The translations under genes and the position numbers were made by a program. Shown here piece by piece: positions 55,175 through 64,000 of a stretch of DNA of 64,000 bases. The DNA is taken from contig CAJOKR010000005.1 of assembly GCA_905235135.1 (NCBI GenBank), positions 64,142 to 128,141 on the forward strand, given 5' to 3'. This DNA comes from an uncultured Bacteroidales bacterium. GTDB taxonomy: Bacteria; Bacteroidota; Bacteroidia; Bacteroidales; WCHB1-69. Below the pieces are notes generated by a model. That model was not told the origin of the DNA, did no database searches, and worked only from the letters and a program-made list of their open reading frames with translations. Positions within the stretch are counted from its first letter, which is position 1, and each line of letters starts with the position of its first letter.

Positions 55175-55933
55175 TTATTTGGATTTTTCGTCCATAGCCA
55201 GACGGAAACCGACAAAGTTGAACTTGGCATTAGGCGTTTGTGGGGTGCGGGTAGAGACGCGGCAGACATCCCAATAGCTGGTCCAACAACCACCGCGATA
55301 GAGCTTGGATTGACTCAAATTGTTTCCGGTGGGATTCACCAAAAGCGTGCTGGCATTCCATTCGTAAGTATCATAGCCGTCGAAACACCATTCACACACA
55401 TTGCCACTCATGTCATAAAGTCCCAGCTCGTTAGGTTTCTTTGTGCCGACCGCGTGGGGCACATTTCCACTGTTCTCCTTGCACCAGGCCACTTCATCCA
55501 ACTCGTTGGAACCGCTAAAGTCGTAATTATGGGAAAACTGACCGCCGCGGGCTGCATATTCCCACTCGGCTTCCGTGGGCAGACGGTATTTCTTGCCCGT
55601 AAGCTCGTTCAATTTACCGATGAAGGTCTGTGCGTCATACCAGCTGACAAGCGTGACAGGCAGGCTGTTGCCGACGACTTTGGAGGGGTTCTTGCCACCC
55701 ATCACCGCCATCCAAAGTTCCTGGGTCACTTCGTATTTGGCAATATAGTAACCGTCTATTTGAACCGGATGGGCCGGAGCCTCGTTAACGTTGCAGTCGG
55801 CATGTTTGCCTGTGCAGCCCATCATGAATTGTCCGCCCTGCACGTGAACCATCTCGATGTTAGGAACTTGTGCACAAACCGTTGAGGTGAGCACGACGGA
55901 GAGAATAGCGATAAAAAGACGTCTGTTTTTCAT
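55175..55933 (-). CDS. Formylglycine-generating enzyme family (SUMF1/EgtB/PvdO-type) protein, secreted
   Basis: Signal peptide from MKNRRLFIAILSVV, with the ATG at 55933. Family features include ...YYIAKYEVTQELW...RLPTEAEWEYAARGG...GLYDMSGNVCEWC...RGGCW...FRL. Confidence 0.85.
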   Translation of the reverse strand: MKNRRLFIAILSVVLTSTVCAQVPNIEMVHVQGGQFMMGCTGKHADCNVNEAPAHPVQIDGYYIAKYEVTQELWMAVMGGKNPSKVVGNSLPVTLVSWYDAQTFIGKLNELTGKKYRLPTEAEWEYAARGGQFSHNYDFSGSNELDEVAWCKENSGNVPHAVGTKKPNELGLYDMSGNVCEWCFDGYDTYEWNASTLLVNPTGNNLSQSKLYRGGCWTSYWDVCRVSTRTPQTPNAKFNFVGFRLAMDEKSK

Positions 55934-55956
55934 TTTCCAGAGTTTTTTTGAACTTG

Positions 55957-55964
55957 CAAAAGTA
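55957..55964 (-). promoter_or_regulatory. -7 promoter box (TACTTTTG on minus strand)
   Basis: Matches TAnnTTTG, 23 nt upstream of the ATG at 55933. Confidence 0.6.
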
Positions 55965-55989
55965 CAATTTTTTTGAAATAGAAAAAGTG

Positions 55990-55997
55990 TATTTTTG
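55990..55997 (+). promoter_or_regulatory. -7 promoter box TATTTTTG
   Basis: Matches TAnnTTTG, 22 nt upstream of the ATG at 56020. Confidence 0.6.
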
Positions 55998-56019
55998 CCG
56001 TTCAAAATTAATCATCATT

Positions 56020-57563
56020 ATGAAAAAAACAAGCCTTTTAGCATTATTTCTTGGACTATTATGTTCATTGGGTATTGCTCAAAACATCTCCCTCAATGGC
56101 CCTACCGTGGATATGGAGCGGAATGCAAGTTTATGGGTTTTGGATGACAACGATGACCAAATCGTATTTGCGACACTACAACCCGGAATACCAAGCGGTT
56201 ACGAAGATTTTTTAATTCATCGTTACGATAAACGCGCCCATTCCATCGAAACTCAAAAATTGGATGACGATTTGGATTGTCGTTTTGCGTATCTTTATAA
56301 TGATCAGGTGATTGCCGTCAAGCAGGGCATGGACAGTAAAACGAAATCGGTGGATTACCTTAAAGCGCCTGTTCCCGCTGTCGTTTCTGACAAAGCAATC
56401 AAAAAATTGCCTTTCACCTCGTTCTATCAAGTGCCGTTGGAAGGGTACAAGTATTCTTTTTGCAGTTCGGTCTTCTCTCCAGACCATTCCAAATTCTTCT
56501 GACCATTTTGAAACCAAAATCCAACAAACAAATCTCTCATGTTGCGGATGTTGCTGTTTTTGAGAATACTGGCGAGCTTTTATGGCATCAACGCCAAAAC
56601 GCCCATTGGGTGGTCAACGATGAAATGACGTTCTATTTGTCTGATGAAGGGGTTGTTTATTTGGCGGAATATGGCAGTTATTATAATGCCTACCTGCATC
56701 AGATAGATTCACTTCATATTTCGGTTTACAATAATGGGGATATTTGGAATTATGCAGAAGGATTTGGAGCCAAAGCCGTGTTTAATTGCGGAAAAGCACT
56801 GTTGAAAGACGGCAGATTTGTGGTTTGTGGGGTGCCGTGCCCGAACAATCGTAATTCTGGACAATTGATCACCTATTTTGTCTCTCCGGATGGCGATGTG
56901 GAGAAAGAAGAGTCTTCTTTTGAATTCCCTTTTAATGATGAATTCAGGTACGAATACAATGAGTTCAACAATGGGCTCGAAAAATTCCTCCCCTACATTT
57001 TTGACATAAAAGAACTGAATGACGGCAAGTTGATGTTGGTCGGTGAGCTGAATTACCGAACCCAAGTGGGCACAACGGTCACCATTGGCGCATCTTTCGG
57101 CGTTGATGACATCATGGGTTACGCTTCCCGGAATCTATTTGTCACAACCCTCTCTGACAAAGGCGATGTGCTGACCACCTACACGTATCCGAGGGCAACC
57201 TCCACGCCTGAAATACGTTATATGGTTTACAATCTTAACACGCCGGATGTTTTTATGCATGACGGAGATTTTTGGTTGATTTACAACGACCATAAGGATA
57301 ATTTCGCCCCAAACAACAAAATTTGGCATCTTTTGCATAACAATCAAGCGGGAAATGTCAGCGTTGTGGTCACGCAAGCATTGCAACAAGGGGAGTTCAA
57401 CGCCAAAACAATTTTCACGGCAGGAAAATCCCCATACCTCCAGACCTCCCCTTATTCAGGTCAGTACGAGTTTTTCCATAAAATTTTGTCAAACGACGAC
57501 GACGCCGTCTATTATCTGATCAAATACGACAATCATTTCCACGTGGAGCGAATCACTTGGTAA
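56020..57563 (+). pseudogene. Secreted hypothetical protein (~514 aa if joined) with an apparent frameshift near 56495
   Basis: ORF 55948..56502 has a signal peptide (MKKTSLLALFLGLLCSLGIAQ) and ends ...SPDHSKFF*. ORF 56460..57563 overlaps it in another frame and reads on as LLTILKPKSNKQISHVADVAVFENTGE... with no start context of its own. Confidence 0.55.
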
Positions 57564-57683
57564 AGGACAAAGATGGTGTTCAGAACGGGTAGCGCATCCG
57601 CGAAACTTGTCCCAGTCGAATATGTTATTGTTTGAGTGTTTGTCGCCTCCGCGGCACTTTCAAGAAATCTAAAATTTTTGAAT

Positions 57684-58463
57684 ATGAAAATAGTTTGTTT
57701 ACCCTTTTTGCTATTGCTGCTTTGCTGCTCCTTTTCAGTAAAGTGCGAAGCGCAGGTGACATTGGATTTTAACACACTCGGCGTTAACAATCTTAACGGT
57801 TGGACTAATCATAGAACCGATCCGGAAATGTTGTTACAGTATCCGGGTGTGGTTATGTCAGACGCATCTGTCAATATAACAGCCAAATTGACCAATACGA
57901 GTGCTGCCGTTCTCTATTTTGGCGATGAGGTCTATGGCGGTGCTGACAATGTCAGGTTGGCCATGTACTTTTATGAAATGGGTTCCGGATGGGAAAAAAT
58001 GTATTTGTATAATCCAGCCTCGCACGATTTCAATGTGATGCCGGAAATTGGTTCACTGGCTTCAGGAGAAAGTATAACTTTGCGGGCAGCCGCTATCTTT
58101 CCTGCCAGGCTTTTTGTGAAAGAAACACCGCTGTACTACATGTCCAGCATAGTGCCGACAATGTACTTGGTGCTTGAGATTCCTGGACAAGTGCCGATAT
58201 TTTCGGCATTGCCAGAAAATGTTTTTTTGAACGGTGTGAAGTTGAATCCAAGGAAAAGTAAGTGTTATTCTTGTGGAGAAATATATTTGTTGACTCATAA
58301 TTCAGAGTCCATTGACGAATTGATGGCATGGGTACCTGGTGAAAGGGCCAGTTTGACAGGTCTGTTTGGAGATGTGTATAAAAGCTATTATATGCTGGAG
58401 AAGGCATTTGTTTGCAACATGGATTACACACGCCGGTCGCTTCCTATTTACACGCATCCTTGA
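57684..58463 (+). CDS. Secreted hypothetical protein (259 aa)
   Basis: Signal peptide MKIVCLPFLLLLLCCSFSVKCEAQ from the ATG at 57684. No family was recognised. Confidence 0.55.
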   Translation: MKIVCLPFLLLLLCCSFSVKCEAQVTLDFNTLGVNNLNGWTNHRTDPEMLLQYPGVVMSDASVNITAKLTNTSAAVLYFGDEVYGGADNVRLAMYFYEMGSGWEKMYLYNPASHDFNVMPEIGSLASGESITLRAAAIFPARLFVKETPLYYMSSIVPTMYLVLEIPGQVPIFSALPENVFLNGVKLNPRKSKCYSCGEIYLLTHNSESIDELMAWVPGERASLTGLFGDVYKSYYMLEKAFVCNMDYTRRSLPIYTHP

Positions 58464-58574
58464 TCACTCAAGGGTATTTGACTCCGAAAAGAACGGCGTA
58501 GGGTCGGATTCGAAGAATCCCGATTGCCATAGCCTCCGTTAAGGGGGCAGGGCTGCCGCAGTGCGACAGTCCTA

Positions 58575-58593
58575 CATCTGCGAGACGCAGATG
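58575..58593. repeat. Hairpin repeat CATCTGCG-AGA-CGCAGATG (second copy at 63119-63137)
   Basis: An 8-bp stem with a 3-nt loop. About 36 nt including the flanking nCTCCAnAGnCGCG are shared with the 63119 copy. Confidence 0.85.
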
Positions 58594-58756
58594 ACTCCAT
58601 AGTCGCGTCGCGTCTCAATATCAAAATGCACTACGGCCAATATGTCAAAGAACGTCTGAAATCCGCATACAGACGGATTCCAATCTCAGGCATGCGGCAT
58701 AGCGGTGGGACTGTTCGAGGCAGTCTTGCTGTGTGGCGCATACCCTAAAATCTTTG

Positions 58757-58764
58757 CAAAGATA
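58757..58764 (-). promoter_or_regulatory. Orphan -7 promoter box (TATCTTTG on minus strand) with no ORF downstream
   Basis: A perfect TAnnTTTG match in the usual gcaaagatac context. About 290 nt of hairpin-rich, ORF-free sequence follows on the minus strand. Confidence 0.4.
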
Positions 58765-58930
58765 CAAAAAATAAAAGGCTTTGTCAAGGGGTAAATGCAT
58801 TTTTAACTATTTTTAAGAGAGGGGGATCCGCTCTTCCAACGGGTTGTCGTACCCGGCCAAAACCTGTCAACTCGGATCAGTCGTAAGACACAAAAGTGAC
58901 AACCTAAATCAGCGGATCACACAGAGAATC

Positions 58931-58956
58931 ACAGACGCAAAATTTTGCGTCTCTAC
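58931..58956. repeat. REP-like palindrome, AATT-core subtype, with a degenerate left arm
   Basis: acAGACGCAAAATTTTGCGTCTctac. Confidence 0.85.
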
Positions 58957-58958
58957 AC

Positions 58959-59035
58959 TAGTCCAACATTGGTCTAACTCCGGTCTAACTCCGATGTAAG
59001 TCCGAAGTAACTCCGATGAAGTCCGATGAAACTCT
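58959..59035 (-). repeat. Tandem 11-mer array, inverted copy of the 12317-12385 array
   Basis: The reverse complement reads ...cggacttcat cggagttactt cggacttacat cggagttagac cggagttagac caatgttggac and then runs into the palindrome. Confidence 0.85.
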
Positions 59036-59088
59036 ACCATAGTGCCAATTTCGTGTAGCTTTTACCTGTGAAATGTAAGAGCTGAGAG

Positions 59089-59210
59089 TGTTTCGCCCCT
59101 CCCCACGTGCCAAAGGCACGTTATCCCAATAACCCCGCACTAAGGCCGTTAGGCCGCAGTGTGGGGTGTGCGGACAATATGCGAGGACCAGCGTGCCAGA
59201 GGTACGCAAC
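59089..59210 (+). repeat. Three-hairpin structured repeat (~120 nt), left copy; inverted partner at 62915-63043
   Basis: Hairpins are ACGTGCC/GGCACGT (59105-59121), CCCCGCACT/AGTGTGGGG (59133-59166) and GCGTGCC/GGTACGC (59191-59207). Confidence 0.8.
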
Positions 59211-59280
59211 TATATGATGCGTCATCTCTGCCTTTGTGAAAAATAACGGAGCAAGGTCGAAAAAAGTGTATCTTCGCGCC

Positions 59281-60224
59281 ATGATGATACACAATCGAAG
59301 TATATTGCTGTCGGAGACATTGACCGTTGTCTTTTGTGCGATTGTTCTTTTTGTGTCTGCGCAGAAACCTCAACAACCATATATCGCTTACCATCAACTG
59401 GTTGTGCAAGCTGAAGAAGCAATCTTGGATGAGGACTACCAAAACGCGTTAAGTATCTACGTAAAGGCGATAGCTATTGTTGACTACGCCTTCACGAAAG
59501 ATTTGTACAATGCGGCGGTTTGTGCCGCCATTGGGGATGACACGGCAACACTGTTCATCTTGATGGAACGCTGTCTGAAACAAGGGGCGGAATTCACCAC
59601 ATTTGAAAACAACAGGACTGTTTTTTCAAGATTTTTTCCAATAAAGCAATGGCATGTTATTGAAAATGAAAAGGATAACTACAGGAAAGAATACTTGAGC
59701 CATCTTAATATGCCGTACAAAAGAGCTTTGGATTCATTGAATAGTATAGACCAAATGGCAAGAAGCGGCAACGTATATTCTCTGCTTCATAGACCCCAAA
59801 GCAAAAAAGCACAACAGCGACGAGAAATCATCAGACAAACAGACAGCTCAAACTACGAAGCCATCAAACAGTTGATTGAACAGTTCGGCTATCCTTCCGA
59901 GCGGAACATAGGAGTTGGCAGAACATTGAACTATTTCGGACACGTTTGTATTTGGCAATTACAGACAGTTCTTTCCTTGATGTTCAAAAGGATGCTTTTC
60001 TAAATGGAGAAATCCCCGTTGAGAGATATGTGGCAAAAATGGAATATTCCCATAAGGATTGTTATAACTACCTGTATCATTGCGAAAATGAAAGCAGAGA
60101 TGAGAATTACGATAGTAGAAGAGTCGCCATCGGATTTCCCCAAACCCGATTTTTTGAAAAGTTAAAACAATATCACAAAAAGACCCATAACGAGTTTGGT
60201 TTTCTGTTCCTGTATTTCAACTAA
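59281..60224 (+). pseudogene. Hypothetical protein (~314 aa if joined) with an apparent frameshift near 59947
   Basis: ORF 59236..60003 ends ...NYFGHVCIWQLQTVLSLMFKRMLF*. Overlapping ORF 59946..60224 continues as YLAITDSSFLDVQKDAFLNGEIPVERYV... A near-consensus -7 box TATCTTCG lies at 59269-59276. Confidence 0.5.
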
Positions 60225-60429
60225 ATAAATTTTTTTGTGTGTGATGTAACATTTTTGAAATTTCCATACATATAGGGTGGAACAGGTTAGAAGAAACGCT
60301 TAAAACCGGTACAGAATGAAGCCAGAAAAACTTGCCGATGCGATGATTGTTTTCCTATCGGCGTGATGTTTAGGCAACCAAATTGTATTGTTATATGAGA
60401 CAGGAAACTGCTGAAATAAATAAACAACA

Positions 60430-61446
60430 ATGAGCAACGAATTGACAACATATCAACCATCTGACGAATCCATCGTTGTATATAAAAGCAACGACGGCAT
60501 AGTGCAGTTGGAGGTGCAGTTGGCCAATGATACCGTATGGTTGACACTGGATCAGATGGCAGAGCTTTTCCAGCGCAATAAATCGACTATCTCCCGACAT
60601 ATCAAGAACATTTTAGAGTGTGGAGAATTGCAGAGGGATATGGTTGTTGCAAAAAATGCAACAACCACTCAACACGGCGCCATACAGGGTATGACCCAAA
60701 CGCACGACGTGACAATCTACAACCTTGACATGATTATCAGCATTGGATATAGAGTCAATTCCATTCGTGGTGTGCAGTTTCGTCAATGGGCAAGTCGTGT
60801 GTTGAAAGAGTATTTGCTGCGAGGTTACAGCATTAACCAACATTTGGTATATGTGGAACGGAGGATTGACCACCGATTGCAGGAACATGCCGAGCAGATA
60901 CACGAGTTGCAGGATAAGGTGGACTTCTTTGTGCGCACATCACTACCGCCAAAAGAAGGTGTGTTTTACAACGGACAGATATTCGATGCGTATGTGTTTG
61001 CCACGGATTTGAGAAGGTCGGCTAAGAAGAGCATCACGCTTATCGACAACTATATTGACAAGTCAGTGTTGCTTATGCTTTCGAAACGTGAGGCAAAAGT
61101 TCGTGCAACAGTTATTACACGTTCCAATTCTAAAGTGTCACAACTTGACATCGAGAAGCACAATGCGCAATACTCACCCATTGAGGTGAAGTTCTGCGAC
61201 ACCATCCACGACAGATTCCTCATCATCGACAACGAGGTTTACCACCTCGGTGCTTCATTGAAAGATCTTGGGAAGAAACTCTTCGCTTTCTCTAAACTGG
61301 AGATGTCAGCAGAATTATTAATGAAAATGGCCGTGCTGGAAGAGGGGGTGTGCGGACGATGCGCGAGGACGGCGTGCCAGAGGCACGCAACTTACTTTCT
61401 CACAGTGAAAAGGGTCAGAATGCCATGCAACGCCAAGAACAGGTAA
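60430..61446 (+). CDS. RhuM-family protein with a C-terminal PLD/HKD-like domain (338 aa)
   Basis: The N-terminal half reads IYNLDMIISIGYRVNSIRGVQFRQWASRVLKEYLLRGY, which is RhuM-like. The C-terminal half contains HDRFLIIDNEVYHLGASLKD, resembling HxKxxxxD...GSxN. The last ~35 codons run into a repeat element. Confidence 0.65.
   Translation: MSNELTTYQPSDESIVVYKSNDGIVQLEVQLANDTVWLTLDQMAELFQRNKSTISRHIKNILECGELQRDMVVAKNATTTQHGAIQGMTQTHDVTIYNLDMIISIGYRVNSIRGVQFRQWASRVLKEYLLRGYSINQHLVYVERRIDHRLQEHAEQIHELQDKVDFFVRTSLPPKEGVFYNGQIFDAYVFATDLRRSAKKSITLIDNYIDKSVLLMLSKREAKVRATVITRSNSKVSQLDIEKHNAQYSPIEVKFCDTIHDRFLIIDNEVYHLGASLKDLGKKLFAFSKLEMSAELLMKMAVLEEGVCGRCARTACQRHATYFLTVKRVRMPCNAKNR
61345..61388 (+). 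repeat. Partial copy of the three-hairpin repeat (third-hairpin part)
   Basis: ggggtgtgcggacgatgcgcgaggacggcgtgccagaggcacgc aligns with 59163-59207. Confidence 0.8.
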
Positions 61447-61736
61447 GCGGAAAGTGCGAACCAGAGTCCGCCTGCACCGGCAGGACGATTGCGGAGAAGA
61501 GCAAAGCAGAGGACAGCGAAAACGACCCAGCCGAGCACGGAGATGAGGTTCCGTTTCTGTATGACTGCCCGCTCTGATTCAGAAGGCGGATTCTCTTTTG
61601 TATGACGGACCATAAACACGGAAAATAGTCCGAGGAGAACGGCGGGAAGGAACGCCCATTCGTTATGCAGCACGAAGCAGAGTGCTGCGCCGACAAAACC
61701 GATGATGATGTAAACGTAGGATTCTGTTTTTCTCAT
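61392..61736 (-). CDS. Small integral membrane protein (114 aa), hypothetical
   Basis: Four hydrophobic segments; last gene of the ECF sigma operon. Confidence 0.5.
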   Translation of the reverse strand: MRKTESYVYIIIGFVGAALCFVLHNEWAFLPAVLLGLFSVFMVRHTKENPPSESERAVIQKRNLISVLGWVVFAVLCFALLRNRPAGAGGLWFALSAYLFLALHGILTLFTVRK

Positions 61737-61777
61737 TGTTTTGATATTTTTGGTGATTATTTTGTAAATTCTGCCAT

Positions 61778-62350
61778 CTACTCCTGTATCTCCTCCAACT
61801 CTTTCCGTAGCCGCCGATACTTGCGGAACAAGAGAGGGTTACATACAAGCAGCAATGTCACATATACGACAGCCGATGCAAACCAATAGACCATTGTTCC
61901 AATATTTTGGCCGTTTAAAAGGGAAATAATGGCAGGCATAGTTCCTATCAAAACCGGCAACAACCACCACAGCCACAGCATGCGCTCATATAAAAAGAAA
62001 AGCTGGTTGTGGACTACCAAAATTGCGTATTGATGGACGGAGATTTCAAAACGACGTTCTTTACGGTAAAAAAGCAGCGTGAAAACGCCTTTCGACAGGC
62101 TATAGAGTGCGATTATGAGTGAAGCTATCCAAACTGTGAGATTGTTTCCCGTGATGATTGCATCTTTTGCCTTCAACACCAGCACAGCCAACAACAGGAC
62201 TCCAGCCAAGAGGCAGGCACATCCTGAAATGCCGTTTTTGTGTCGGGAAAGACGGTTGCCAAATCCAACGCACGGCATTGTCGGGGCCAATGGCAACGAT
62301 TCTGCATCCCAGACTGTCCGTTTTAACATATTCAATTCTTTATTCATCAT
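61778..62350 (-). CDS. Membrane protein (190 aa), putative anti-sigma factor
   Basis: It overlaps the stop of the ECF sigma gene by 11 nt and has multiple TM segments. No family was recognised. Confidence 0.45.
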   Translation of the reverse strand: MMNKELNMLKRTVWDAESLPLAPTMPCVGFGNRLSRHKNGISGCACLLAGVLLLAVLVLKAKDAIITGNNLTVWIASLIIALYSLSKGVFTLLFYRKERRFEISVHQYAILVVHNQLFFLYERMLWLWWLLPVLIGTMPAIISLLNGQNIGTMVYWFASAVVYVTLLLVCNPLLFRKYRRLRKELEEIQE

Positions 62351-62828
62351 TCAACCTTTTAAGTTTCTGTTTGATACGTTGTATTTTTGTTCCTACGTTC
62401 GTGACGCTGATACCTAAGATCTCCGCCATTTCAGTATGGGACTTCTCATCCAAATAGAGAAAGATAAGCGCCTGATCCTCTTGGTTGAGTTGTGCGATGA
62501 GCTCATACATCTGATCCGTCAGGTTCTCTTCAGCTGAATTGTCCTTGACGCGTTCCTCCACCTCCGAAAGCGATTGTAATTTGCCAGATCCTAACTTTCT
62601 CACCTGGGAGATAGCCACGTTCAAGGCCACGCGGTAGAGCCAAGTAGATGGCTGGCACTCCGGTCGCTTCACATAGCGTGGGTAGCTTTTCCACAGATTC
62701 AGCACAATCTCTTGGAATAAGTCCTCTTCGCATACGGCACTACATAGCGCGGCATAGTAGCGGCATACCACGCACAACTTTTGCCGGTTCTCCTGCACCA
62801 GTTCCAGAAATTGTTCCTCGGTCGTCAT
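62340..62828 (-). CDS. ECF-type RNA polymerase sigma-70 family factor (162 aa)
   Basis: Region 2 reads DLFQEIVLNLWKSY...STWLYRVALNVAISQVRK. Region 4 reads LIFLYLDEKSHTEMAEILGISVTNVGTKIQRIKQKL. Confidence 0.85.
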   Translation of the reverse strand: MTTEEQFLELVQENRQKLCVVCRYYAALCSAVCEEDLFQEIVLNLWKSYPRYVKRPECQPSTWLYRVALNVAISQVRKLGSGKLQSLSEVEERVKDNSAEENLTDQMYELIAQLNQEDQALIFLYLDEKSHTEMAEILGISVTNVGTKIQRIKQKLKRLNDE

Positions 62829-62900
62829 TCTGCTACTTGTTTTTATTGATTAATCGCGATGAAGCGACAAAAATCACATCGTAGTGAATTTTTCATACGG

Positions 62901-62908
62901 CAAAAATA
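62901..62908 (-). promoter_or_regulatory. -7 promoter box (TATTTTTG on minus strand) for the ECF sigma operon
   Basis: Matches TAnnTTTG, 72 nt upstream of the ATG at 62828. Confidence 0.5.
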
Positions 62909-62914
62909 CAAATA

Positions 62915-64000
<1,086 letters not shown>

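Noticed and set aside
58470-58750. The ORF-free transcript candidate as tmRNA, RNase P RNA, SRP RNA or 6S RNA.
   Set aside because: I could not find the hallmark motifs on either strand: the tRNA-like acceptor/T-arm with a tag ORF, GGAAAGTCCGGGC-type P4 elements, or the SRP domain IV GGAA/AGCA loop. It is kept only as an unclassified ncRNA or repeat cluster.

Overview
This 64-kb chromosomal window looks like a Bacteroidota genome, probably Prevotella-like. That is an inference from TAnnTTTG -7 promoter boxes, T9SS C-terminal sorting domains, an interpain-like C10 protease, GH97 and S46 peptidase genes, and the lack of Shine-Dalgarno use.

The left ~11.2 kb is a type 1 BREX defence island, all on the minus strand: brxR (WYL regulator), brxA, brxB, brxC and pglX. 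pglZ and brxL are expected beyond the left edge. The main anomaly is that pglX is cut into two translatable pieces by an AT-rich cassette. The cassette has its own promoter and encodes a DUF1016/YhcG PD-(D/E)XK nuclease. A further ATPase gene with its own promoter follows and runs off the window.

The remaining ~53 kb is mostly housekeeping: rplU-rpmA, rpoD, htrA-like, prmA, udk, bcp, phoH, lpxK, PNP, upp, purB, nifJ, tRNA-Thr(CGU) and tRNA-Gln(CUG). It also encodes secreted and T9SS proteins, an MBOAT/AlgX-like pair, a zeta-toxin-like pair, and an ECF sigma module with a RhuM/HKD-like gene.

The non-BREX part carries several short repeat families.
- A REP-like 28-bp palindrome (GTAGAGACG..CGTCTCTAC) occurs in about 13 copies. 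Two lie in-frame inside lpxK and the GH97 gene, and several supply the stop codon of a gene.
- Two inverted copies of an 11-mer array joined to a palindrome lie 46.5 kb apart.
- A three-hairpin element of ~120 nt forms inverted repeats around a 3.7-kb accessory segment.
- Tandem 7-8-mers fill same-strand intergenic spacers.

Four genes, including nifJ, appear frameshifted, which may reflect assembly indels. No CRISPR array, rRNA or recognisable transposase was found. All calls come from reading the sequence and ORF track; no database search was run.
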